Source of the DNA: Eledone cirrhosa | Taxonomy: Eukaryota | DNA: 64,000 nucleotides | NCBI GenBank assembly: GCA_964016885.1 | Contig: OZ024741.1 | Location: forward strand, 36,394,001-36,458,000 | Direction: 5' to 3' | Shown: one piece after another, positions 41,157 to 54,075 of the stretch | Layout of the letters: every line of letters begins with the position of its first letter | Position numbering within the stretch: the stretch's first letter is position 1 | The notes under the pieces: model-generated | The model's database searches: none | What the model saw: only the letters and a program-made list of their open reading frames with translations | What the model was told of the DNA's origin: nothing | Position numbers and translations under genes: made by a program

Positions 41157-42350
41157 CATCATCATCACCGTTTTACGTCCGTTCTTCCATGCTAGCAAGA
41201 GTTAGACGGGTTGTTCTGTTGTAGGCAATGTCCGGTCGACTGACCATGCTTTGCTCATACAGGAACTGATTCTGGCTTGATTTCTACAGCTGGATGCCCT
41301 TCTTAATACCAACCTCATTTACAGTGAGTGGTGGGTGCTTTTTTTCCGTGGTGCCTACACGTCCACTTTACAGTGTGGGCTGGGTGCTTTTTTGCCGTGG
41401 CACCTCCACAACCACTTTGCAGTGGGAGGGTGTGGGGGCATATTGTCTATATGCTTTAGCTTCGGCTTGTACCCGTGGGGGCTCGGGTCTTCTGTATTAC
41501 TGCGTGACGCCAGAGGTCACGGTCGTGTGTCATCGCCTTTGAGAGGTGTAATTGGGTAAGGTCGGCTTTTATCACCTCATCCCAGGTCTTCTTGGGTCTC
41601 CCCACTCTGCGGTTTCCATCGACTTCTAGTGCTCTGCACCTTTTTATGCAGCTGTCATCCTTCATACGCATCATATGTCCATACCAACGCAACCGCCTCC
41701 CCTGCACACAGCATTTGATTCCTCTTATGCTCAATCTCTCTCTCAATTCGTTTATGCTTAGCCGTTCCATCGGAGCATGCAGGCTTCATTTCTTTCTAGT
41801 CTACGCAAGTCTTCCACAGACAGCGCCCAGGTTTCACTACCATGTAACATTGCTGTTCGTATACACGCATCATACAGTCTGCCTTTCATTTTGAGGGAAA
41901 AGCCTTTTGCAGCTAGCAGTGGCACTAGCTCTCTGAACTTCTTCCATTTCGTTCTTACCCGAGTTATTGTACTTTCTGAACAACCACCTCCGCTGCTAAT
42001 TCGGTCACCTAGGTAGCAGAAGCTGTCTACTGTTTTTACAGAACCCTCCCAGAGTTTGGTGGCACTTGTTTCCTGTGGCTGTTTGCTGCTTGCTGTCTCA
42101 GCACAGCTGCTACATCTGAAGCCTACATTCTTAGTTAAGCTTCCTGAGATCCCGCTACATCTCTTGTGTACCCATTGTTTGCATTTGGGGCAGAGAATGA
42201 AGTTCCTACCTACACCTTTCCTACATACTGAGCAAGGCCATTTCCCTGAGGGGATCTGGGTTCTGTTTTCTCGTCTACTTACAAGGACCTTAGTTTTTGT
42301 CAGGTTGACTTTGAGACCCTTTCTTTCTAGTCCCTGCTTCCAAGTTTGGA
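41155..42350 (-). mobile_element. RTE LINE 3' fragment including the PHD-like finger
   Basis: GLKVNLTKTKV..GKWPCSVCRKGVGRNFILCPKCKQWVHKRC..VDSFCYLG..RLRWYGH; (CAT)n tail. Confidence 0.93.
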
Positions 42351-42371
42351 ATATATATATATATACATATA

Positions 42372-43515
42372 TATATAAATGAAAAGTATAGAAATTATTG
42401 TAGCAAGAAGCCAACAGTATTCCATAATATATAAGTGACTATAGCGTCAAAATGGAAAAATAGTTAACGTAAGATGTGGGAAAATAATTCAAACTCAATT
42501 CAAAAAGGATTAGGATATAGATTCATCAACAGAATTTGGTGAAATCCAGGGAAAAATCAATAGAGCCTTAACTCAGAATAAAATAAAGTTTAAAATACTC
42601 ATCCTTCAATTTGGAAAAGCTACAAATGCTCTGTATAGTCTTAAAAGACTATTTCACAAATCTTTCAGTGGGGATGGTCACGGTTGGAGTCGATCATCAG
42701 CAGAGCTCAAAGACACGATAACCAAAGTGCCACTGTTTATAATATGCCAAAAAGGGAATTTAAAAGCAGGCTAGTTCAACATCATGCGTAATTATGAAGA
42801 GAAACGCACATGTAGAGGCAGGCCTGGTGACGTCAGAATGAGACGAATGTCTGTTTGCATGAAACAACAGTCAAAAACATTCCGAAAAAAAACTTACAAT
42901 ATAAGGAGTTCAGCAAAAGCAATATTATCGCGTTTTTTTTTTTTTAAAAGACCGGGATTAGTCACAAATAATTTTAAGCACTCTAGGAAAGAAATCCGAG
43001 TATAAATATAAATGAAAAGTATAGAAATTATTGTAGCAAGAAGCCAACAGTATTCCATAATATATAAGTGACTATAGCGTCAAAATGAAAAAATAGTTAA
43101 CGTAACAATACATGAATGAATGTATAGTATAGTTGGCAATATACCGTATCTTTAATTAAAAACATTTTGAAATCGCTATTACAGAGCACCAATCCTAATA
43201 CCTAATTTTTGCTGGACCGGCAATCGCTCTGTATAATCAGCTCCTGATTATTACTGGAAATCTATAAGAATCCAGCTTCTATAATTTTCGGTGGAAGCAG
43301 GGAGTGCGTGGCTCTGATGATCGCCAACAACGTGAAACAGACTGTCAGCTTCTCTTCTTTTGACGAGAAGAAGTAAGTGACATAGTCACTACTTTAAAAC
43401 AATACCGTATGGTCTTCAAAATGTTTTTAATTAAACATACAGTATATTGCCAAATATACTCTACATACATTCATGTATACATCGCTATTACAGAGCACCA
43501 ATCCTAATACCTAAT
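42372..43515. mobile_element. Rearranged Penelope-like terminal sequences (direct repeat 42372-42472 / 43008-43104; inverted repeat about 43108-43170 / 43416-43478)
   Basis: Repeats read directly; contains a hammerhead; flanked by (TA)n. Confidence 0.55.
43310..43350 (+). ncRNA. Minimal type I hammerhead ribozyme (family C)
   Basis: GCT-CTGATGA-TCG(CCAACAA)CGT-GAAA-CAG(A)CTG-TC-AGC; predicted cleavage after GUC at 43346. Confidence 0.8.
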
Positions 43516-43609
43516 ATATATATGTGTGTGAGTGTATGTGTATATATATATATTTATATATATCATCCTCATTGTCGCTTTAATGTCTGCTTTACCTGCT
43601 AGCAAGGTT

Positions 43610-43683
<74 letters not shown>

Positions 43684-44037
43684 TACATACATACACATAT
43701 GTGTATGTATGTATGCATATGCATGTCCAGAGTGTGGTGATGTAGTGGGGCAACAGATGGATGGTGATTGTGGTGGTGGTGTGTTAAGTGAGGAAAAGAC
43801 AACTAAAGCATGTACACACTATTGCTGTGCTACCCAAACATGGCATTATTTAGGTAATATGGCGCCAACAAAGGATTCATACTGATACTGGATCCAATTC
43901 CATAAATTGACCAGCTGTTGGGTTTTCCCTGTGTAGTAGAGGGTGAAGAGGAAGGGGGAAGAAGGGCGGGGTAAAGAAGAGTGGAAGGAGGAAGAAAAAG
44001 GATTAGGAGGAAGATAGAACAGAAAAGTAGCAAGAGA

Positions 44038-44157
44038 GAAGAAGAAGAAGAAGAAGAAGAAGAAGAAGAAGAAGAAGAAGAAGAAGAAGAAGAAGAAGAA
44101 GAAGAAGAAGAAGAAGAAGAAGAAGAAGAAGAAGAAGAAGAAGAAGAAGAAGAAGAA
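44038..44157. repeat. (GAA)n microsatellite, about 40 units
   Basis: Direct reading. Confidence 0.97.
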
Positions 44158-44557
44158 TATAGTGGGAGGAGAAGGAAGAGTGAGAAGAATTAAGAAAGAA
44201 ACACATTACTCCTTGTTGTATCACACAACCTACCCTTCCACACTACCTCCATACTTACCTACACTACCCACCCTTAATCACAATGGCTTTCTACCTATTG
44301 TAAGTATTGTAAGTATTTTCAGGCACTTGTATCAGCTGTTGTCTTCAGCTATTGATCTGTGGGAGAGAGAGAGGTGAGAGAAAGACAGAGACAAAAAGGG
44401 AGAATGAAGGGGAGAGAGAGAGCTGGAGCCAGACCACTATCAGCATTTTTTTAATCCACACAATATCATAATTGTTATCATTTAAACGGCCATTTTACAC
44501 AGACACACATATATATATATTTGTGTATACACACGTACATGCATATATATATATATA

Positions 44558-44642
<85 letters not shown>

Positions 44643-44763
44643 TTCATTTATATATATACATATATATGTGTGTGTGTATAGCTCTACACCTCATCACAGA
44701 AGTGAACCTAAACATCGAGTGCTCTCCCGGGTGAACCTGCAGTAACTCCAAGTTACACCCCCT

Positions 44764-44805
<42 letters not shown>

Positions 44806-45028
44806 TTAGTTATACTATTTATGGTTATGTAAACACAAAACCGTAAGCAGTTGTAAGTATTTTACACACACCCTAAATAGTGGTAGGCAGTAATGTATTA
44901 CTACCTTATTACCAGTGAGTTAAGTAGCTCAATGTAAAAACATCAGATGATTTACAGAGCAGTTATATGAAATATAAGAATCAAAGAACTGTTCAAAACA
45001 TAATGTTTTGAACAGTTCTTTGATTCTT

Positions 45029-45107
<79 letters not shown>

Positions 45108-46779
45108 ATAATAATAAAATTGAAGACTAAAATCCAAAGAGGGCTCGATAGGGAAAATATATATCAAATATATAAGAACCGTAGAGCAAATATTTATTAA
45201 AATAACAGATTAAAGTTTAAGCAAAGAATCGCTGCTTTCACCCTTAACGGGATCTTCTGAAACTAACAAAGTCAATCTGTAAACGCAGAACTGGATATTT
45301 CAAAAAACGTTGCAACCAGAGGAAGACAGGAAGACGATACTTTGGTTCGTGGTGACGTTCGCTGGCAAAGAACGGGAAAAAACGAATAATACGTCATTAA
45401 TAGGAGCGGTGAAAAACAATTACGCGCAAAGACAGAACCACGTTTATGGTATAAAAGAGGTCGTAGACTAATGTTCTCTTAGGTGGTGCATAGAGACGTT
45501 CTCTGGCAATGAACGAAAAAACGAAGATAATAAGTCATATGTGGAGCGTGGAGAACAATAGCACGCAAAGACAAAACCATGTAAATGGTATAGCAGAAAT
45601 CGTAGACTAAAATTCTAACTAGGAGACCAAATGAATCTCCGCTACAGAGTTAAGAACAAAGTAAATAAATACAATACAGAAGTAATAGAAACAAATAAAT
45701 ACATACACGCAAACAGATACGTACATACACAAGCATACGCAAAACCTTACCATGGGTATACAAAACCACGCACATATAAATATGTGTGTGTGTGTATGCT
45801 TGTGTACAAATAAATAAATAATTATATAAACGTATATAAGTAAATAAATACGTATATAACAAGCGCACACGCATACCTACATATAAATACACGAATGTTC
45901 GGAGACGTAAGTCAACTAAAACAAGAAGTACACATATACACACACCCACCATACGTACGAACCTGCACACTCACGCGGACGCAAAACTCCCGTATACACA
46001 TAGCCAAACCCTAAATACCAGACTATGTAAAAATTATACGCTATAACAGTCAAATATACGTACGAGAAAGTATACATACCTTCACAAAACATACGGGTAA
46101 TATATACTTACCTATGCAAATAAGTAAAGGAATAAACAAAACATATACTTAGCTCCCACATCGAGACGTAAAATATCCACGTATCCGTTAGGGTATAACG
46201 TGGGGCTGTAATACAGGAAAGTTTTGTGCCATTTATGTTTACAAGCCGAAATTGCCTCAGATTTTTTGTTTAAGATGTGGTCTGTAGCGTAGAGTATTTC
46301 CAGGGCCTCAGCGGCGCAGAGGTCACATGGTCTTTTATTTCCGTTATACGATCTAGCCCTAGCTAGGATCTCCCAGTGTAACTTATATTGGGTGTGGTTG
46401 TCTTTTAGACTCCAGATATAAGCTGAAAGTGACGTCATATTCCTGAATTTTAGTCTACGATTTCTGCTATACCATTTACGTGGTTTTGTCTTTGCGTGCT
46501 ATTGTTCTCCACGCTCCACATATGACTTATTATCTTCGTTTTTTCGTTCATTGCCAGAGAACGTCTCTATGCACCACCTAAGAGAACATTAGTCTACGAC
46601 CTCTTTTATACCATAAACGTGGTTTTGTCTTTGCGCGTAATTGTTTTTCACCGCTCCTATTAATGACGTATTATTCGTTTTTCCCGTTCTTTGCCAGCGA
46701 ACGTTACCACGAACCAAAGTATCGTCTTCCTGTCTTCCTCCGGTTGCAACGTTTTTTGAAATATCCAGTTCTGCGTTTA

Positions 46780-46853
46780 CAGATTGACTTTGTTAGTTTC
46801 AGAAGATCCCGTTAAGGGTGAAAGCAGCGATTCTTTGCTTAAACTTTAATCTG
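46780..46853 (+). ncRNA. Extended type I hammerhead-like fold with variant core (family A)
   Basis: CAGATTGA/TTAATCTG and AGTTT/AAACT (stem I); core CAGAAGA; T-CCC(GTTAA)GGG-T (stem II); GAAA; AGCA/TGCT (stem III); predicted cut after CUU at 46840. Confidence 0.75.
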
Positions 46854-46998
46854 TTATTTTAATAAATATTTGCTCTACGGTTCTTATATATTTGATATAT
46901 ATTTTCCTTATCGAGCCCTCTTTGGATTTTAGTCTTCAATTTTATTATTATTACTATTTGGCTCCTTCGGTTGAGCACTCTACTGACTTATATTCATC

Positions 46999-49127
46999 AT
47001 GCAGAAACAACCTCTGAATATTTCTACAAAGAACATACCCGTACCAAGCAGGAAAACATACCTAAAACTCTTGATACAGAAAACAGACGCGTTCATTAAA
47101 AGGTTGCGTTGGCGTGCCTTTTATTTCGATAATCCGCGAAAAGCAGACAACAAACAGGATAAATTTGGATTTAAAACGTATAATAACCCTCCGTGGAACC
47201 CAGCATTGCTACCCTTCGAAAATGATGTCTTGGAACTCATTCGGAATATCAAATTTCGGAATAGGAGCAATTCCTTCCAGCAAGACCTGAAGAATAGAAT
47301 TCGTTCTATTAAGGATTCTAACGCCGTGCACGTCCATTCCGACAAAACTGGCAACCTATATCAAGTGGAGCGCAGTACTTACCATCAACTACTACATAAT
47401 GCTGTAACTAAGGATTACCGTAAGACTAATCGGTGTGTCATCAATGAAATCAACGATGCTGGGTTTAAAATCACATCTGATCTCAACATCCTGGACCGGA
47501 CCGAACCTCTGGACCCTATCTCTCCCCACTTTACCCTGAAGGATCACAAATCCAATTTTCCGAACAACCCCTCTATTCGGCTTATTAACCCTACGAAGTC
47601 CGATTTAGGTAGACTTAGTAAAACGATTCTTGATAGAATTATACCTGAAATTAGAAGTTTGGCCCCTCTCGCACTGTGGAACAATTCTTTCGCGGTGATT
47701 GATTGGTTCAACGGCATATGTAACAAGGAACATTGCCGTTTTATCCAATTCGACATCAACAATTACTACTCCTCCATCACTTTACCACTTCTCCTTAGAG
47801 CTATCAATTTCGCTAAAACACTCACAGTGGTTAAGGATTTTGAAGTTGATGTCATCCTTAATGCCCGAAAGTCGGTGATTAATTTCGACGACTCTATTTG
47901 GATTAAAAATCCAATAGTACCCCATTCGACGTGAGTATGGGCGCCAGTGACTCTGCGGAGGTTACTGATCTTATTGGCCTTTTCCTTCTTTTCTCTATCA
48001 AGGACGAATTCCCCAACGTGGGCGGTGGTTTGTACCGTGACGATGGTCTTTTGACCATGACTAAGTGCGGACCTCGTGCTTGCGACAGGTTCAGAAAAGA
48101 ACTCACAGCCTTCTTTAAAGGCTTCAACCTCTCTATACAGGTTGAGGCCAATCTCTCGGTCGTTAATTACCTCGACGTTACCCTCAATTTATTGAATGGG
48201 TTGTATTACCCGTATAGAAAGCCGAATGATACGCTTAATTACATAAGTAAGCATTCCAACCATCCTGCCAGCATAACCAAGAACCTGGTAAGAAACGTTT
48301 CGTTGAGGCTTTCCCGTCTTTCCACCAACGAGCGCATTTTCAACGACCATTCCACTTATTACAATGAAGCTCTCGCTAGAAGTGGATTTGTCGATAAGGT
48401 AGCATATACAGAGTACGAAAATAGACCTAGAAGAAATAGATCCCGTCGCATTTGTTGGTTTAACCCACCATATAATATGGAGGTGGCCACACCATTAGCT
48501 AAGATCTTTCTTTCCCTTATTACAAAGCATTTTCTCCCTACACATAAATATAGTAAAATTTTTAATAGAAATACTATTAAAATTTCTTACTCTACGACTC
48601 CTAACCTTGCACATAACATCACAGCTTCAAATTTAGCTAAACTACCTAGCCGTAGGAACACGTGCAACCCTGTAGTTAGTACTAACTGTAATTGTAGGAA
48701 TCGGGCTGATTGCCCCCTATCCGGGAAATGCCTCTCTAGTAACATTGTCTACAAATGTAAGGTTGTAACACCCACGTCCCGTAGGGCCTACATAGGGTTA
48801 ACCGCCAATAGTTTCAAGCAGCGTCTTTACATGCATACCCATTCTTTTCGTTACCCTCTAAGAAGGAATATGACGTCACTTTCAGCTTATATCTGGAGTC
48901 TAAAAGACAACCACACCCAATATAAGTTACACTGGGAGATCCTAGCTAGGGCTAGATCGTATAACGGAAATAAAAGACCATGTGACCTCTGCGCCGCTGA
49001 GGCCCTGGTAATACTCTACGCTACAGACCACATCTTAAACAAAAAATCTGAGGCAATTTCGGCTTGTAAACATAAATGGCACAAAACTTTCCTGTATTAC
49101 AGCCCCACGTTATACCCTAACGGATAG
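46999..49127 (+). CDS. Penelope-like RT / GIY-YIG endonuclease protein, about 709 aa, with one frameshift near 47905
   Basis: SDKTGNLY, TLKDHK..RLINPTKS, QFDINNYYSSI, MGASDSAEV, LYRDDGL, VNYLDVTL, WFNPPY, CNCR..CPLSGKC, IVYKC..AYIGLT..FKQR, CDLC; adding one A in AAAAA joins 46999-47934 to 47931-49127. Confidence 0.93.
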
Positions 49128-50036
49128 CACGATCTATACGTGGATATTTTACGTCTCGATGTGGGAGCTAAGTATATGTTTTGTTTATTCCTTTACTTAT
49201 TTGCATAGGTAAGTATATATTACCCGTATGTTTTGTAAAGGTATGTATACTTTCTCGTACGTATATTTGACTGTTATAGCGTATAATTTTTACATAGTCT
49301 GGTATTTAGGGTTTGGCTATGTGTATACGGGAGTTTTGCGTCCGCGTGAGTGTGCAGGTTCGTACGTATGGTGGGTGTGTGTATATGTGTACTTCTTGTT
49401 TTAGTTGACTTACGTCTCCGAACATTCGTGTATTTATATGTAGGTGTGCGTGTGCGCTTGTTATATACGTATTTATTTACTTATATACGTTTATATAATT
49501 ATTTATTTATTTGTACACAAGCATACACACACACACATATTTATATGTGCGTGGTTTTGTATACCCATGGTAAGGTTTTGCGTATGCTTGTGTATGTACG
49601 TATCTGTTTGCGTGTATGTATTTATTTGTTTCTATTACTTCTGTATTGTATTTATTTACTTTGTTCTTAACTCTGTAGCGGAGATTCATTTGGTCTCCTA
49701 GTTAGAATTTTAGTCTACGATTTCTGCTATACCATTTACGTGGTTTTGTCTTTGCGTGCTATTGTTCTCCACGCTCCACATATGACTTATCTTCGTTTTT
49801 TCGTTCATTGCCAGAGAACGTCTCTATGCACCACCTAAGAGAACATTAGTCTACGACCTCTTTTATACCATAAACGTGGTTTTGTCTTTGCGCGTAATTG
49901 TTTTTCACCGCTCCTATTAATGACGTATTATTCGTTTTTCCCGTTCTTTGCCAGCGAACGTCACCACGAACCAAAGTATCGTCTTCCTGTCTTCCTCTGG
50001 TTGCAACGTTTTTTGAAATATCCAGTTCTGCGTTTA

Positions 50037-50110
50037 CAGATTGACTTTGTTAGTTTCAGAAGATCCCGTTAAGGGTGAAAGCAGCGATTCTTTGCTTAAA
50101 CTTTAATCTG
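50037..50110 (+). ncRNA. Variant hammerhead (family A), 3' pLTR copy
   Basis: Identical to 46780-46853; further copies at 45206-45279 (-), 55013-55079 (-), 56318-56391 (+), 14657-14730 (-). Confidence 0.75.
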
Positions 50111-50118
50111 TTATTTTA

Positions 50119-50207
<89 letters not shown>

Positions 50208-50220
50208 TATACAACATATA

Positions 50221-51422
50221 CAGGGTGCGGACGATATCTGTTCGCAAGATTTCGTAATTTTATTTTTTAAGATATATTTATCAAACTTGGGTCAATTTGT
50301 CTTCATGACTTGTTCTTTCGATCTCACTTGATAAACCCGCCATTGGCTTTGATGACGGCCTCGGAACCGGCTACAAGCCTTCGTCACTGTCCCCCGACTT
50401 AGGCCCCTAAAGGCACTTGTGATCCTGGCCTTCAGATCGTCTTTCGTATTGCAGCTAGATCTGTTGGTGTCTCATTCCACTGCGCCCCACACAAAGGAGT
50501 CAAGGGGGTTGCAGTCACGCGAGCTGGGAGGCCAGATGTCAGGTGAAGTGTGGTCAACGAAGTTCTCTGACAGCCAGGCTTGGGTTTTTCGGCTGATATG
50601 GCAGGGTGCTGAGTCTTGCTGCCACATGTACGGCCTACCTGCAGCTACCAGGTCGATCCAGGGCTTTACTACCTCGCTCAGAACACGGATGTAGCTATAG
50701 CGAAGATACTGGGTTGTATGAATGTAACAAGGAGACATGGTTTGTGTGTATAATATTTAATCAACAATTTAACAGTATAGTTGAATTGTCAATGAAATAG
50801 ATGAAAGAATGAAGCAAAGTTAGTAGTTACCGTTTTGATTGCCAGGCAAACGCAGGCTGGCAGAAGACGCCTGGCAAAGGCCAGGCGCCGGTAGGGCTAA
50901 TGAGAGGGTAAGAACTTAAAGTTGTTAGTTTTATAGGGTTCTGACCGGAAGTTACAGAAAGGGTTCTACTTCCCGTCTAGATGTTGTTAATCTCTTGGGG
51001 TTGTGAGTCACAACAAGGGAGGCCACTGCTACATAGCCATCAGTGTTCAGCTTGAGGCCCTCAGGGAAGAAGTGAAGTGGCATGACGTCACCTTGACTGC
51101 TGACGACACCTAAGACCAATGTTGTCGCTGGAAACTTTGTCTGCATGACTCTGGGCACGTCTTTGGATGAGACAGCGAGCCACCTGTTGTTCTGGGAGTT
51201 GATCTTCTGGTCCTTATTTGTCCTCCCGGCGCGGATTCCAAGAAGAACTCCGTGTCTCTTCCACAAATTTGGAGGTTCAAAATTATTCATAATCAATTAT
51301 TCTGAAAATAAATAAAGGTAATATAGTCACTGTTTTTATGAAGACAAGAGTGACAACGGAAGTAAAAAAATTTGCATAAAATTAGCAGTTGAAAATTGCG
51401 AACAGATATCGTCCGCACCCTG
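50221..51422 (-). mobile_element. Tc1/mariner superfamily, DD37D (maT) transposon, defective
   Basis: Perfect 27-bp TIR CAGGGTGCGGACGATATCTGTTCGCAA; TA TSD; WQQDSAPCH..WPPSSRDCNPLD with 37 residues between the 2nd and 3rd Asp; N-terminal deletion. Confidence 0.93.
50696..51033. mobile_element. Solo LTR inserted in the maT transposase
   Basis: Termini TATAGC (probably mutated TGTAGC) and GCTACA; 4-bp TSD TAGC; removal restores ..NTDGY-IRVLSEVVKPW. Confidence 0.8.
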
Positions 51423-51447
51423 TATATATATTATATATATATATATA

Positions 51448-51845
51448 TCATCATCATCATCACCGTTTTACGTCCGTTCTTCCACGCTAGCATGGGTTAG
51501 ACGGGTTGTCCTGTTGTGGGCAGTGTCCGGTCGGCTGACCTTGTCTTGCTCATACAGGAACTGATTCTGGCTTGATTTCTACAGCCGGATGCCCTTCCTA
51601 ACACCAACCTTATTTACAGTGAGTGCTGGGTGCTTTTTTTTCGTGGCGCCTACACGTCCACTTTACAGTGTGAGCTGGGTGCTTTTTTGCCGTGGCTCCT
51701 CCACGACCACTTTACAGTGGGAAGGCGTGGGGGCATATTTTCTATATGCTTCAGCTTCGGCTTGTACCCGTGGGGGTCAGGTCTTCTGTATTACTGCGTG
51801 ACGCCAGAGGTCACGGCCGTGTGTCATCGCCTTTGAGAGGTGTAA
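51448..51845 (-). mobile_element. RTE LINE 3' fragment
   Basis: Homologous to 41155-41550; (CAT)n tail. Confidence 0.9.
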
Positions 51846-52577
51846 TATATATATATATAATCAGTTCCCGTCCCACCCTTGCAAGCAGGGAAAAGCGGAC
51901 GTAAAATGATGATGATGATGATGATGATGATGATATTATATATAATTTAGACCTAATTTAGAACCCAAACAGTGAAGAGGTCAAAGAATTAAGCAGGGCC
52001 TCATGGAGCCAACATGTTCAAACCAGTCAAAACCGGCCAGAATTCTCTACCTTTTTCTGTTGAAACTGGCTGTAACTGGTCTCTCAAACTGATGTTAAGG
52101 TATATAAGATTCGATATTATGTGAGATAATTATGTGAGGTAAAGCCTTTAACATAATAGTATATATAGAGTAATGTGAGTGCTGAAGGGTTAAATAGGAA
52201 CTTAAAGAACCAAGAAGAGGCCCGGAATGTAAAGCGAGAACCTAGAGAGCTAAAGAGGTGCCCATGAATATTTGATGGCCAAAACTTTAAAAATAACCTC
52301 TTGTCCTTCTTCAATTTTGGGGAATGCATCCCCTTTTGCAGTCTTACTTCACTCTGTAAAATTTCTCTCAGAACTCTTGCTTGTTATGACACCATCCTCC
52401 TCATAATTTTACACCTTTATGGCATGGGTTGGATGGATCGTCACTGTTCAATTCAGTTCTTATTCAGGGCTACTGCTCTCCTAGACAGGCTCAGCACCAC
52501 ACTAAGCTCATACATTCCAATTTTGGCAAGGTTTTTACAGCCAGATGCCCTTCATAACACAAACCACATTACAGAGT

Positions 52578-52768
52578 ATAATTGTTTCTACTTTTGCCAC
52601 AAGGCCAGCAATTATTCCAGTGAATTACTGGTACTTTATTTTATCGACCCCATAAGGATGAAAGGCAAAGTTAACCTTGGCGGAATTTGAACTCAGATCA
52701 TAAAGGGCCGTAACTCTTTGCTGCAAAACATGGCATCCGACCCTCTACCAATACTGCCAATCCACTGC
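52578..52768 (-). mobile_element. SINE family 1
   Basis: Reverse complement of the consensus; another copy at about 62605-62775 (+). Confidence 0.88.
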
Positions 52769-53199
52769 CTGGGTTCATTTTATTGTAGCCCCACCTCTTG
52801 TTCATTTTCCTGACATTTGTACATTATTCTATGTACTATACATGCACCTTTGATGAGTTGTAGTGCACCTGAGCACTGTACACAATAATTTTTTTATTAT
52901 TATTATAAATCGGTTGTCATCTCATCAACAGGACTTAAGAGTCCCTTCTACTGGAGATTGGCTCCATTTCAGTAACCACTGACAGGAATAAAATGTAAAA
53001 GTTGTAGGTGAAAGTTGAGAGATCAGAGGCCATAAAAATACCCAATGGGAGGCAACAAGAGAACTACCTCTGTATTCTACCAGAACATTACTTCATGCCA
53101 AACATATAGAACTTCTAAAGGGATTGAAGAATTTAAAGAAGGATTGCCCAATTACTTTCATAAAAAGTAGCACAAAATTTTCAATTTATATATATGTAT

Positions 53200-54075
53200 C
53201 AGTTGTAGTTGTTGTTGTTGTTGTGGCGGTGGTGGTGGTGGTGGTGGTGGTTAGGTGGTGGCAGTTGTAGTTGTTATTGTTGTTGTTGTTGTAGCAGAGG
53301 TCCCAGTTAGTGTTGTGGTGGTGGCTGTAGTTGCTCTTGTTGTGGTTGTTTACAGAAGGAGAGGGAAAGAAAGAGAGAAAGAGAGAGTTTTCATTGTTGT
53401 TCAACCAACAACAGTTGTTTCCAGACATGGCCATTTGTTATTGTAGTTGTTGTAGCTATTGGTGGTGGTGCAGGGGAGGGGTAGTGGTGGTAGTGGTAGT
53501 GGTGGGCCGGGGGGTAGTGGTGGTGGCGATGGTGGTGGTGGTGGTGGTGGTGGTAGTGGCGGTGGTGGTGGTGATGGTGGTGGTCGTCATCGTGGTGGTG
53601 ATGGTAGTGGTGGTGATGGTGGGTAGTGGTAGTGGTGGTGATGGTGGGTAGTGGTGGTAGTGGTATGGTGGCGATGTTGGTGGTAGTGGTAGTAGTGGTG
53701 GTGGTTGTGCAAGTATTGTTGTTAACATCATCACCATCACCTTGGCCACAAACAACCACTACTAATACTACTACTGCTACCATGATCACTACTACACTAC
53801 TACTACTATTACTACAACTGCTGCTTCTACTACTACTACTATTACTACTACTACCACCACCATCACTACCAATACTACTACTATTACTACCACCACCATC
53901 ACTACCAATACTACTATTACTACTACTGCCACTACCTCCAATACTAATACTACTACCACTGCCACTACCACCAATACTACTACTACTACACTAATACTAC
54001 TATTACTACTACTACCGCCACTATCACCACCGATACTACTACCATGAATACTACTACTACTACTTCTACTACTAA
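53200..54075. repeat. Compound trinucleotide block (GTT/GGT)n switching to (CTA/CCA)n
   Basis: Direct reading. Confidence 0.95.

Larger units (their letters stand above)
45103..50125 (+). mobile_element. Penelope-like retroelement (Naiad-type): inverted 3' copy 45103-46444, pLTR from 46445, ORF, 3' pLTR 49705-50125; inserted in (TA)n
   Basis: Direct repeat 46445-46868 / 49705-50125; inverted copy of the region from 48864 onward; RT plus GIY-YIG ORF. Confidence 0.95.

Noticed and set aside
43981-44193. Poly-Glu ORF
   Set aside because: Pure (GAA)n with no synonymous variation
44935-45010. CAGATGA..GAAA as another U4A hammerhead
   Set aside because: Stems II and III pair poorly, and the apparent stem I partner is explained by the local palindrome
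47931-47934. TGA in the Naiad-type ORF as possible selenocysteine
   Set aside because: It arises only in the shifted frame; the repaired frame has no in-frame TGA
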